Of a stretch of 64,000 bases of DNA, positions 36,384 to 48,377 are shown in pieces. Source of the DNA: Botryllus schlosseri. Taxonomy: Eukaryota. The notes below the pieces were generated by a model. The model ran no database searches. It worked only from the letters and a program-made list of their open reading frames with translations, and had not been told where the DNA came from. Each line of letters opens with the position of its first letter. The first letter of the stretch is position 1. A program made the translations under genes and the position numbers. The DNA lies in NCBI GenBank assembly GCA_051294905.1, contig CM119371.1:21826001-21890000 (forward strand), read 5' to 3'.

Positions 36384-39300
36384 GTCGATTCAGGAAAGCG
36401 CGTTATTGAAATTTAAGAACGCCAAAATTAATTCGATGCTCGGAATACGAATTACAATCAAACTATAATTTCATTTTCTTTTCGTTTTCAGGGGAAAATT
36501 TTAGGTATGTATCTTGTCATTATGTTACCGATGACACGTCAGCCACTACATGCATCAGTGATAACTTACATTGCAAGATTCTTCAAAACAATTACATGTG
36601 AGTACACTCCGCCAATAACACCTGCGACCTGTCTGCTGACGTGGTTGCACAGAATGCACTCCGGTGGCCAATAGTGTTTATGAGGGGATATTTGTAAATA
36701 TATATGAAGTCAGCTGTCCCTACGATTCAACGCATAAAATTCCTCAACCTATGTGTATTTATGAAGTAGATGCGATTGTCGCAACTTGCAATGTCGCTAT
36801 CTCACCTTGTGTCCGAGTACTGCCCAGAGAAAGCAGAAAAAAACTGACGGGATAACGCACATGTTAAAAAATTGGTAATTCAATTGATTGTAATTTCTCA
36901 CAGCATAAAATAATAAATGAAAAATACTTTTCGGAAAATGCATGCTAATTTCGTATTCGTCTTCAACAGTGTGTTAGTCATAGGCCTATTGATAAGGTAC
37001 TGGATCGATATTGAAATGAGGGCTCCATTGTTTCTCGACTAATGAACGATTTTGAATAGGTTCAAAGAATTCCCCTCAAATTCCTCGCGTCGATGGATAG
37101 TCTGCGATGTTGGTAATTTTGCCAATGAGTTCAATTGCTACACATCGTAAGTACAGTAAAAGATTATATCACTATCTATAACTTCAATAAGAATGCTGAT
37201 CGGACTTGAAATAACTGGGAATTTTGAAACTATTCAGGCCCTGGTGAATATCTTAGAAATAGAATACCAGATAACGTCAGTCTCTATATACTCTCAAAGT
37301 CTTAGTGGTGAAAATTAATTCTCTCCACGCTGATTTGTTGATAGTTGTTTTGTCATTTCAACACCTGATTCCGTGTAATCATAGACTATTTTAAAGAATT
37401 TAGACATCATGGTCATATAACCTAAGCAATCGTTATTGGCGCAGCTTTTCGGTAATAGTTACTGCGCTGGACTCTAAATGTGTTGAATAACGTACCGTTC
37501 AATTTATGTATGACATAGCCTTCACTGACTCTTCAGATACAGATGCATGCATATCCCATATGAGAACGTATCAACGGCACAATCCTGTACACGCCAGGTA
37601 AGTATGCAGTGTTGTGGATTTCCAGTGGCGGCTCGTGACAATATCGGGTGGTGGGGCAAGGGCTGCAAGCGACTTTTATCAAGATGACGTCACAATGGCG
37701 TTTTATAACGTAAACAAGTAACTTAATGATGGTACGGTAACATGAATTTCCCGGCAACAGTGATTTTAACGTATGTGCCACGAGAGGTCTGCTGGTGAGC
37801 TGTGACTTGAAGTGTGGTAACTGCGTAAACGGCGTACGGAACAAAGATTCAACACGGTTCATGTTCGCATTAGACCTGACTAATTATCTGCAGAAATGGA
37901 AATGACTATAACTCGAGAGATAGCGTAAGCCTAATTGGAAAGGTCAACGAATTCGGACAGATACGCAATTGTTATCTCATAGATTGGGCCTGTCCTATTG
38001 AATCCAAAACATCATTCTAAAGAACTAAGAATAGCAGCCTCGGAAATTTGGTCTCGGTAGTCGGTACAGCATAAGAGATTTTGGCCTTGAAACTGGAGAC
38101 TGTAACACGACACATACGTTTTTATTACTGTCTTATAGGTCTGCTGCGAAATCGCCTTTGGAAAATATATTACCGAATAAATACGTGGATGAAAGCCTTA
38201 AACTTGGTACACTGTTACATGACATTATCGAGAAGTGGCCTCATGGCCCTTTTCGGTATGGTACACTGTCAAAATTAATGCGAACAGACCAACACCGAAT
38301 TTTGCGTAAAATTTACTGAGGAATAGGCTGATCAAGTGATCAGCTGTTAGCCGCCATCGAAAACGAAATAACTATCGCGCTTGACAGGGGGTTGTAAGCA
38401 AATGGCTTGAAGGCCACAATTTCACGGTGAAATTGACATTGGAGAATATAATATCAAAGTAAATATTTGAATGCAAACTGAGAATGATATCATCATCTCT
38501 GTTAACGTTACCGCAGATACACCGGCTTTTGCGTGAAATCCGCAATGTGTTGTAGGCTAAAGGGTCAGATCGGAGCACATCTTTACCACACTCGACCTTG
38601 ATAACGAAATTACTGCCCTAATTATTGAGTGTCAACCTTGAGACTTGGCACAGCGTTCGATACTAAAATCAAGACATACCGTGCAAAAGCTTATGACGGA
38701 TCTAGGTAAGGAGCATCGTTAAAATCAATAGAGACCACTACCGGCTTTGCGTATAATCTGTTAGCGATAAATGACTATAGTCAGCTCTCACTCGAATTAG
38801 GAAGCCAAATTACCACTAACACAGTTCAGTGACAAACTTAAAACTTGGTACAGCGTTCGATACTAACATTAAGACTTTCCGTGCCAAATGTCATAACCGA
38901 TCTCGGTATTGAACATCGTCAAAACCAATGGATACCAATACCGGCTTTTGAGTAAAATCTGTTTGCGATACATGACGGATCAGCACACACTCAACTTCGG
39001 AAACGGAATTACTACCCTAAACTTTAAGTAGAAACCCTGAAACTTGGGGCAGTGTTAAATACCACCATCACGACATGACAGAACAAGTTTCAAGAGTTTT
39101 CATGGTGTGAAACCCCATTAAAATCGACCTATACCAGCAAAGGTTGACTAAACGCAGATGACGGTAACAGAGTTCAGCTATAGATACGATTGTTACATCA
39201 CACCTTGAGGGCACAGAGCTATCGTGCCCCGGTTGCTCGGTAATTTTATGAATAGGAGAGAGTAAATCACCGTTTCTTTATTGTACGCGGCTTTGAGAGA

Positions 39301-42300
39301 ATAGACAGTGAAAGCTTGTTATGAGCGCTACCGGGGCAAGCCCCGGCTAGGCATTCGCAAAGCGAAAACACAGAAGAGAATTCGATTTTCGCAGAGACTT
39401 CGCTATATATGGGCATTTACAAGCGAAAGGACAAGAAGTATACGATTTTCGTTGTGATTTCGGTTTATATAGATAGGTGTGCGTCTATAAATGGTGAAGA
39501 ATTGTTATTGAACAGAATTTTAGGTGGGGCAATGCCCCAGTTGCCCTATAGGACGAGCCGCCACTGTGGATTTCGGCAGAATATGTTTCTCCTGTCTAAT
39601 CCCTGGTTAGGCTTTAATGATCCAGCTCCTTTGTTTTTGCTCGGCCGTTATACAGTGATACGAATACGCTGCAGTAGATATAAAAAATTGAATTGGCAAA
39701 TCATAACTTCGAAAAGGCGAACATTTCGCAAAAATAAGATTTTTGTTCGGGAGAAATTACTCAAATTCGAAGTATGCACAGCTGAATTGTAACAGAAGTC
39801 CCTTTTTGTTGACATGGAAGTAGCTAGAAGTCATAATCATAATTTATTACTGGGGTAAGTTGAATTGAAATCTTATTTTAGGTTGTAGCTGGCAAAGAAA
39901 CTATTTGCGATTGCACTTATTTCCGTTGTGACGATGAAATCGGGAAGCATATACAGACAAACGCGGTAAGATCTCGATATCCTATTACTGCGATTGTAAT
40001 GCTGTAAAAAAGTATACCTGTCAGCAGTTCAGTGCGTAGCTGTACTTTACCTGATATATATGTATGCATGTGGGCACTACAAGAGTAATTGAATGCATCG
40101 TGTATCGTACAATGTGAGATTGAACTAAAATGCGAGTTTGAAACGATACTTCATGGTATTCAGGTGTGTGACGGGCATAAAGATTGTCCATCTGGAATAG
40201 ATGAATGCCAGCCGGGCTGTATAGTGAGCGCGTTTTCCGACGAGACGTCATTAATTACAGACAAAGCGGTCCTGGTACTGGCGTGGTTTCTTAGTAAGTT
40301 ACTACAATTTAAAACTTAGAACTTCCGTCGAAGCTTCTGCTGAGTTATCAAAGACACGGATAGTGACGATTTCTAACTTATCTATGTGCGTTGGTTCTAG
40401 CTGATTGTACTGAGCACTCAAACGGATATGTTTGTAGACTATATAGGCTACTTCCACTTCGTCTAATCAATTTTGTAACAGAATTTATGTACTATTTTGA
40501 ATTCGGATTTCGTAAAGTAGAAGGCAGTTTTGAGATATGATAACAACAATTTTATGAGTTAAATTGTAATGTCAACTTGTAAAAAGAACCCTATGTATAA
40601 CATTAACCGAATGTATAATATATTTATACAATAATCCCACTGTCGCAACGTAAATACTAATGTGCCCTTCGGATTGCAAAGCTGCCGACACAATCTCCAT
40701 ACGATTTATTGCATTGTAGTGTTGAGGTGACTTTTCCAGGTATATTCGCCATCGTAGGATGCATTTGGGTGACGGCAACAACGTTTCGTGATCTCGTGAA
40801 AGCTACCCGAAAAGCTGCTAATACATCACGTGGCAACATTAACAAATTACTTATCTTGAGTCTTTCTGTCTCTGACTTGATGGTCGCGGTATGGAGTCAA
40901 ATACAAGTTATATGCATGAGTTGCGACATTACTGGCGAAGAATATTACAGATCTACACTATTTCTATCTGCATCAAGGCCGTTCAGGTGGAAGGCAGCTA
41001 CTGTTCAGTCGATATTGAATGGAGAACCAGCAAGGCTTGTTCAATGTTGGGGGCTCTCTTGGTGATCGGATCCGAGCAATCCGTTCTAACGATGGTTTTG
41101 ATTACGATATATCGTTTGCACGCTGTCATAAGGTATGGATAGCATGGATGGACTACAGCAGATGTCTGCTGGCATATTGACAAGCGGATAAGCGGATCAT
41201 ATATAAACAACGTCTGTAACGGCCGAAATAAGCTCTCTAATATGTAGGTACGAAGCAACCAGATGATTTTGACTTGGTCAAATTGATTGTGAAACCTGTC
41301 ACTGAAGCTAGGTTTTTGAAATAACCATGAATACCTAATAATGCAAACTACACGTTGATGAATATTTGAAATATCAATCAAATTTTGTCAAAAATAATCA
41401 CGTCGGGCCTGCGGTTAAGTGTTATTTTCCTTTCTCGCAGACCGCTTGAGCTTGAGCTTGAATGTAGCAGGCTGGGCGAAATTTGAAACCCGTTTTGTGG
41501 GCCCCAGTCCATTCAAAATTGCCTCTTCTTCGCTGGCCGTACAAATTCTGTCTGATCGCTGCAGCTGCAAGTTGAACAATGCACACCCTGACCAACATCA
41601 GTTACGTCAGTAGTCACAAATCAAAAGTTTCAGTTATTGAGATATTCACATCGAACTTTTAAGTCCTCGATGTCGCCGCATTAAGTATTCGAAATTGCCA
41701 TTAAAAGTCAAGTTCACTGCTACACGGTCACATCACCGCGCTTGCCTATACGTTGGTAATGTTTTCAGGCCGCTTTCGAAACCGGAATGTCAAAAGGCAA
41801 TCATGGTTGTTGCGATTTCATGGCTAATCTCAATCCTGTTCGGGTTGATACCGTTAATACCTTCCAGCGAAGATTACTTCTTGAAATTTGTATCGTAAGT
41901 GAATTCATTTCTAATTTTGCGTTATAACACAGTGGTCGGCAACCGCAGCTTTGGTTCGTGAAGAGTTCACTACTAGTCCGCGAAAATTTATATACTTTTG
42001 AAAGTTAAGTGAAGTTTAGGAATTATTGTAGTCAAGCTTACTTAATAAAAATTTTAAACTTACCAAGTTGATATCTTTATTCAAAGCATGTGTGTTAGAG
42101 GCATAGTCAGGATTGTATCCTAGCTCTTCTTTCCGAAGTCAACATGTAGACTTCATAAATATTTCTTGACGTAATCACACAATAACAATTAGCTACACGC
42201 TGAGATCTTCAACCGCTAAAATTATTTTCACCCTATTATATGAAAACCAGATTAATTTAATCATCGTGCATTGGAAAACTCTCAGCCAGTAATAAAAAAA

Positions 42301-45300
42301 CGGATCATGTGTGAGAAAAACGTGCTTTGGGCCAATATCAAAATTTAGAAAGTGCTAAACTTGCTATACTCACTTAAATAAAGTAAATCACCGCAAATTG
42401 TATCATACATTGCATAGCGGATTCCGCTACGGACATTTTGTTTTTGAAACCATATGTATGCCGAAGTCGCGTTTGGGACCAATATGACGAGATCTTCTGC
42501 TGTGTTGTGATACGATCGATCACCGCGTTGTTAACTTTGCACCTCAAATTAAATGAAGAACAAATAGTGTATGAGCTGTGATAAGTTTGAATGTTGCACA
42601 TTTGTGTTTCAAGGGAGACCAAAGCGTAAAAAATCATTTTGGGTGTTAGCCCGCAGACCAAAAAAAGCTGCCGACTCCTGTTATAAGATATTATAAACTA
42701 ATGTAAAACGAGCGAAAGAGATTACAGGAGACGGGAATATGACATGCGACATACAAATAATGACGTATTCCCTCGCTTAGATTCTTTGGTTAAGTATATA
42801 CACTGTCTATAGGCCATCGATTGGACCACAGAATCTTTGGTCATTGAGAACTGACCAGTCATTCTGTGTTCCTACATCGAACTCAATGATAAATAATATT
42901 ATCATCGTTGCGGATTGGATGAATGCGTGTCGACATTGTTGGCGTTCAATGCCATAGGCAATGACTTGGATGAGATTAATCCGACTCCCGACAGTCATTA
43001 TCGTAAATGTCAAATTTGGTTGCGACACCCCACACCTCCAAGTGACCGGCTTCATGGCCTAATGGAGAAGGCGTCTGATTCCGGATCAGAAGATTGAGGG
43101 TTCGAGTCCCTTCGGAGTCGTTTTATGTCGTACGCTTCAAAACGCTTTCGCGCATTTAATAAATCAGTAGATTGTGGGTTCGAGTCCCTTCGGAGTCGCT
43201 GGAATATCGTAGGTTTTGTAATACTTTCGCGCATTGAATAAATCAACGGAAGCAATGAAGAAAAGCCTTTCAAGTCGCATCCATAACCTTTTAACACTAT
43301 CTAGAAGGTCACTCTCAGAAACCACAAACATCACATAGGCTACTACAGCATCGTTAGTTATAGCCACCGCGTGAGCGAGCACCGAGCATCTTTAGATGGC
43401 TTTCTCTCGCACTTTGATGAATGACTAAATGTAGATTGGTTACACTAGGGTTGCATTTAAAACAAACGGTGTTTTGAACAAAGGCTTTTAAAAAAATGTG
43501 GGTTTTCAAGTTGTAAAATTACGCCATAATTGTGTAAATATTTTCGCGCAAAAACATGTTGTACGAGTCTACGGACAATTACTATCCGATATAGCCGACG
43601 CATATCGATATGGGATGGTTGGAACGCGCAAAATAGTCGATTCAACTGCAATAGTACACATATTTCGTCAAAGAAGCTATCTTTACCCTATATTTTCAAT
43701 TGCCAATATAAGCCACTATGACCCCACAATTGAATATTCCTGACGTCATGGCTCTAAAAACAATAAAAAAGATGTTTTAAACTAGGACCTTGTGTAATAC
43801 ATGTGTGTTTTAAATTGATTTTTGTTTTAAATACAACCCTAGGTTACACATTACACAAGAATCGTGCATTTACGCATCAGCGAAATCCCATAACTGGATC
43901 ACAGAATTTGTAACAAATTCATGGACGATAATTTCGTTCACATGGATATCCCGTCTGTGAATTTGTATAGGCGATAATGCTACAAAGGAGATTATTGCTA
44001 AATAAATATACATAAATTTGCTGTTACTAATGATTTTGATGTAACAGAAAATGGGCGTAGGGTAATTATGGCTTACAAACCTAATTGCCCTCTAAATTTG
44101 AACTGTTGGTTTTTATAGTTTAGCTTCATGCTTGTTTGTTATTCTGTAACAAGCTCTTTTGCGGAACAAAACTTAACAATTGCCAATTTCTATTCATATT
44201 TATTGCAAGCACATTGACTTACCGTCAACGGGGTAAATCACAAATAAATGCGCAATTAGACATTCTTAATTAAAGCAGAAATCATTACCATGAGAAATAG
44301 ATTTGCCCCATACAGAGTCTGTCGCAAAGCTTGAAGTGAATCTATGTCGCTTTTTGTATTCGTTTTTGCTGCAATTAATGATATATGCGTTATGCAGCCT
44401 GCTGCAATTGCTATTTTATCATATTTTCGTCCTGGCTGCGCCGCTCACCTAACTCTGCGTGATTCAGGTTGAAATTACAATGCTTATTATTCTTAATCCT
44501 GAATTTAAGGTTCAATGACACCGTGATCTTCAAAACAAAGCTCAATCAAACCGACAGAGATCGTGTCAATAATTGGCTTGGATTGTTGAACAACAGTACA
44601 AACCATAAAGATGCTGACAGGTAACGAATAACGAGACATGTGAATTAAAAATGACGGATTACTATGATAGCTGGCTTGATTTTATAGCGGTACGGAATGG
44701 AATAAACTGAGAACCCTCATAGCTCGAATGAATCCTGATATAAGGGTCGTGCACGAATTTGGATATTATTCAAGTCACACGGTCTGCTTTCCGACGTTGT
44801 TCCCTGACCGAGAAGACAAATCATTTATGTACTCGCTTGTTCTGCTGCTGATCAACTTCCTGGCGTTTGTCTTCATGGTCGCGTGCTACATCGTATTATG
44901 CAGGTAATATTGCAACTCGAAGCTACTATAACCACAATAACCATAGCCAGCATAACGCTACGGTTAAAATATTTTGGGATCAGGAAACGAGGGCACATTT
45001 TAAAAATCACAAAAGTTAGTATGGTGTTCCTGTATAACAAAAAGTGATAGGTATTGATTCCATAAGGTTTCAAAGATATGCGAAATGGATAATGTCCAGC
45101 AAGGTTTCCGGTGGATAACGTGAACTCAGACACCACGTTACTAAATGTCCCTCATAGCGCTACAACTGAAACGAACAGTTATGCTACAGGTCTGAGCACA
45201 ACGATTCGACTAGGTCAAGTATTTTACCGATTACCAAATCATATCTCATACGAGTATAATTTATTCCGTAAAAGACGCGTCTTCCTGAAAGTATTCAAAC

Positions 45301-47252
45301 CAGCATCGGAGCAATGATGTCAGGGACGACTGCGAGCGCAATTAGCTGCTCAAAGCATCCTGAAATTTCGGAAAATATTCCCCATGGGCCTACCCCAACT
45401 TATGAACGCCTACCCATCGAGACACAACCCGCAATAACAGTATATTATATTCATCAGTTTTCATATTGGCAGAGTGTTTGCTGGCTGTAATTTGGTGTGA
45501 CCGTGCTTCACAATGGAGCTGAATGTAACTCGACTATATGGTAGCATATCTATTGCGAACCGGTCACGCGAAAACAGCTCGGTGCTCATCAACCTTACCT
45601 TACATGCGAGGTGGTCACTGGACACTTAATACTTCTACTTTTCGACTTCAACTTTCTACTTCTACTTTCGACCACTCCTCCTCTTCATTTCCGTGTCAGA
45701 AGGCTTCGAAGAGAAAGTAAACCCACAGCAAGACCATAATTGAATATACGACACCTGCGTTATTGGCCACTGACACTGAATATATCTGCATTCTGGATAT
45801 TCGTCAAAATTCTAAAATCATGTCTTCGGCCACAGAAGCGCTGGTAATAAGTCAGTCTTGGAATCGGAAAATGCGCGCGAAAAAAGGAAGAAACAGAGTG
45901 CTGCAATACACCGCAAACTCACCAGGGTTCTCGCAACCGATTTCCTGTGCTGGATGCCAGTCTGCGTGATGGGTTTCGTGAAGTTAGCAGGTACAACGGA
46001 AGCGGATGATTTCAATATCAATCGCCATAGCCAGTAGATGACATATTTGCTTCTCACCACGAACTTGTATCAATTCCCTAATCAAACTCAGGCTGTGCAT
46101 TTTATATCTCTGATAAGCTACAACAGATTTTTGTAACTTGCCGCCCGTACGAAGTATACGTTGTACGGCCCGCTAAGAAGTGCCAATTCTAAACTATGTG
46201 TAGCCTGCTCAGTAGATATATAATTTTGCTTGATCTGGTTAGATGCGGTATAATTGCATTGGACTATTTTAACATCGATTTGTCAACATGAACGTGAAAT
46301 TTGTTTTTCGCTTCAGTTGATTTGCCTGCAGTTATTTACGATTGCAACACGCGGTCAGATATCAAATTAAATCGAAAATTCTCGCTATCGTCGTACATAT
46401 TTTAAAAGCCTATTTTGGCGGGTATATAATATTCATAATCGTACTCAGCGGCTCTACCATCTCCCCCTCTCAAGACATACCATTTTAAATGCGATGTATT
46501 AAACAAATAGGACGCCGTCGTGTAGTTATGGCGTGCTGGCGTCGGAATACACCAACCGCACTAAAACTCCATTTATAAGTCCTGATTTTTGATGCCCCGA
46601 CTTGACTCGAGTCACTGTCGTGAAATAACTTGACTTAACCCGAGTCAAAATCTATATTTAATCGAGTGACTTGCGACTCACAAGCAATGACTCGATCCCT
46701 ACGCTGAGGACATTAGTCAATGTTGAGCTTCAAGTGCAGGCATAAATAGTCACTAAAATTGTCAACTAAGTTCCAAGAAGAATAAGCGAATTTCATAGAA
46801 TGTTTGTTGTTCAAGTTACTTCAAATAGAAACGGAAAATGAAGTTCGAAAAAATCACTCAAGCGTCCTACGAATATATAGATTGCAGATTTATATTGGGA
46901 CGAGTGTTAGTCTAATATATTCAACACCACTTTAATATTTAACATGTGTTTCATAATTCCAGGGATTGATATTCCGAATGACGTTTATCTACCAACCGGA
47001 TTGCTCATCCTCCCCATCAACAGCGTTCTTAATCCCTTCCTATACTCCAATCTTCCTGACGTGATATCTAACCATGGACGGGGGTGTGTGGTCTGGATGA
47101 CGGAATCATTCCGCAGATGGAGACATAGAGGTTAGAACGCCCTGGACTATGACAATTTGTCGATAATATCGTATATTGGTACATTACCTTGGCTGTTTTC
47201 AGAAACAACATCGACACATGTCCAAGAGGCACAAATCAATGTGAACCGATGA
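23620..47252 (+). CDS. LDLa/Cys-rich ectodomain class A GPCR, GRL101/RXFP-like 7TM, no LRR detected; 5' end not identified
   Basis: Well-supported exons: 23620-23707, 28842-28981, 29357-29447, 31263-31402, 31914-31949, 33605-33763, 33824-33920, 37060-37146, 37537-37597, 39882-39965, 40164-40293, 40740-40888, 40951-41132, 41769-41894, 44510-44620, 44688-44903, 45836-45990, 46963-47130; probable last exon 47203-47252; tentative small exons between 33992 and 36752. LDLa motifs (CDRKKDCSDGSDE, CEGTADCRDGSDE, CDGYFNCPDLTDEC, CDGHKDCPSGIDEC) and TM motifs SLSVSDLM, WRTSKAC, SEQSV, TDFLCWMP, PINSVLNPFLYS. Confidence 0.85.
24319..25800. mobile_element. MITE copy (inverted paralog of 55395-56521) containing a nested MITE
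   Basis: Begins TAGGGTTGGCATA; long inverted similarity to about 55700-56521; right boundary approximate. Confidence 0.6.
24534..25216. mobile_element. hAT-Charlie-like MITE
   Basis: TIRs CAGTGGTTCTCAACC / GGTTGAGAACCACTG; imperfect 8-bp TSD TGCTAGGG/TGCCAGGA. Confidence 0.75.
27230..27583. mobile_element. hAT-like MITE with CCGG subterminal repeats
   Basis: Termini TAGTGCG / CGCACTA; 8-bp TSD CTACATTA. Confidence 0.8.
27700..28225. mobile_element. GACTCGAGTC-family hAT-like MITE (uninterrupted)
   Basis: Termini CACGGTTG / CAACCCTG; 8-bp TSD TTCATTTC. Confidence 0.85.
29476..29807 (-). mobile_element. 3' fragment of an R4/Dong-like restriction-endonuclease-type non-LTR element
   Basis: Minus strand reads LLGTVHILRKALNAPLDKNYTCE* (stop 29736-29738), resembling the R4-clade C-terminal LLGTxxILRKxL motif; followed by a 3' UTR, AATAAA and (TAA)n. 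Confidence 0.55.
29821..30174 (-). mobile_element. tRNA-derived SINE with (TAA)n tail
   Basis: Minus strand head GGGAAGCGAG-TGGCGCAGTG (A box)...GGTTCTAGTCTC (B-box-like); ends in (TAA)n. Confidence 0.5.
30297..30358. repeat. Short degenerate TTAGTTA/TAT tandem repeat
   Basis: Repeated ATTAGTTA(C/T) units visible. Confidence 0.6.
32003..32895. mobile_element. hAT-like MITE
   Basis: Termini CAGGGGTGACCAACC / GGTTGGGCGCCCCTG; TSD ATTTAAGG/ATTTAAAG. Confidence 0.8.
36093..36380 (+). mobile_element. tRNA-derived SINE with central core-like domain, CR1/L2-type 3' stem-loop and (CT)n tail
   Basis: A box TAGTGTAATGG, B box GGTTCGATCTC; central GGTCAGACCAAAGACT...TGGTA...GCGCTCAGCA resembling the Meta/MESC SINE domain (from memory, unverified); stem-loop 36245-36290; (CT)n to 36380. 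Confidence 0.8.
37623..39566. mobile_element. Non-autonomous hAT-like element carrying an internal tandem repeat of about 200 bp
   Basis: TIRs CAGTGGCGGCTCGT / ACGAGCCGCCACTG; 8-bp TSD TGGATTTC; partial inverted copy at 56604-56766. Confidence 0.88.
41930..42680. mobile_element. hAT-like MITE
   Basis: Termini CAGTGGTCGGCA / TGCCGACTCCTG; TSD TTATAACA/TTATAAGA. Confidence 0.7.
43048..43120 (+). tRNA. tRNA-Arg (anticodon CCG), intronic, with an imperfect acceptor stem
   Basis: Cloverleaf: D stem GCCT/AGGC, anticodon stem TCTGA/TCAGA with loop TT-CCG-GA, T arm GAGGG-TTCGAGT-CCCTT, followed by TTTT; acceptor GGCTTCA/CGGAGTC has two GU pairs and an A-C mismatch. Confidence 0.8.
43446..43841. mobile_element. 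hAT-like MITE
   Basis: TIRs TAGGGTTGCATTTAAAACAAA / TTTGTTTTAAATACAACCCTA; 8-bp TSD GGTTACAC. Confidence 0.85.
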
Positions 47253-47410
47253 AAGAAAGAATTTGGGATTTGAGACTTGAATATTTTTGATCATGCTGAA
47301 GTTGAAGTTGAAGTTGTACTGTGCAACCAAGAATTAAGTGAGGAAAAGATGTCGAGCATAAGCGGATCCTACACTTTACAGCTGGATCCGCCTAAACCAG
47401 AGTCCATCAG

Positions 47411-48377
47411 CAGTGTTGGGATGACTCGAGTCATGACTTGACTCGAGTCAGACTCGAGTCACCTTTTTCGCATGACTTGACTTGACTCGAGTCACTCTGC
47501 TAAAATGACTCGACTTGACTTGACTCGGCGTATCAGAAATGTGGATTGACTCGTGACTCGGAGCAAAATTCACGAGTCAATTTCAAGTCATCAAGTAATC
47601 GGTGTCGATAAAAATCACTGTATCTTGCATATGTTCAGATTGTTCGCAAAACGCTTGCGTAACCCGTGAGAGCGACCAATCATTCAATGACCGTGCGTTT
47701 CACTGAGCTTCGATTGTTCTCTTAGAAATAAATTAACCGCGCACGAGGTGATCGAAGCTTACAGCTTACGTTGTCGTAACTCCAGTAGTAAAGTAATAGA
47801 ATAGAAAAATGTATATTTCTGTTCTCTGTTCTTACCTCAACCAAACCTCTTGTTTTATTGAAATCGAAGTCGAATATTGTTTATATAGTCCTCAAACATT
47901 GGCGCAGGCTCGAATGGTATCATATCTATTTGTAAATAGATAATGTATTGCATCTTATCAATTCGTTTCTCTATTCTCTATTTTGGCTGGTAACTATATA
48001 AACTGAGGCTATGTAATTACGTAGTTTCTCTTCTACGTATATGTGTGCGATACAGCGCCTTCTTGCATGCATATTGCATATTTAACTCTATATTCGTTAA
48101 TCGTTTCGGAATCACTGACCACTCAAACTGTATTTCAGACAGCTAGCAAACTGCAATGACGTAATATTGCCTAATATAAACTTCGAAAAGGCAACTTGAC
48201 TTGAAATGTGACTTGACTCGTGACTTGACTTGACTTGACTTGACTCGAGTCACCTCATAAAATGGAGTGACTTGACTTGACTCGAGTCATCTTTGAAAAT
48301 TGATTGACTTGACTTGAAAATGTGCAATGACTCGAAATGACTCGTGACTCGAAGGTAGTGACTTGATCCCAACACTG
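47411..48377. mobile_element. hAT-like MITE with GACTTGACTCGAGTC arrays
   Basis: TIRs CAGTGTTGGGAT / ATCCCAACACTG; 8-bp TSD TCCATCAG. Confidence 0.88.

Noticed and set aside
38139..38330. Candidate GPCR exon or LRR region
   Set aside because: It lies inside the hAT element 37623-39566, and exons 37537-37597 and 39882-39965 join in frame without it.
47411..48377. Palindromic GACTCGAGTC repeats resembling a CRISPR array
   Set aside because: Irregular spacing, no unique spacers, eukaryotic context, and bounded by TIRs with an 8-bp TSD; they are MITE subterminal repeats.
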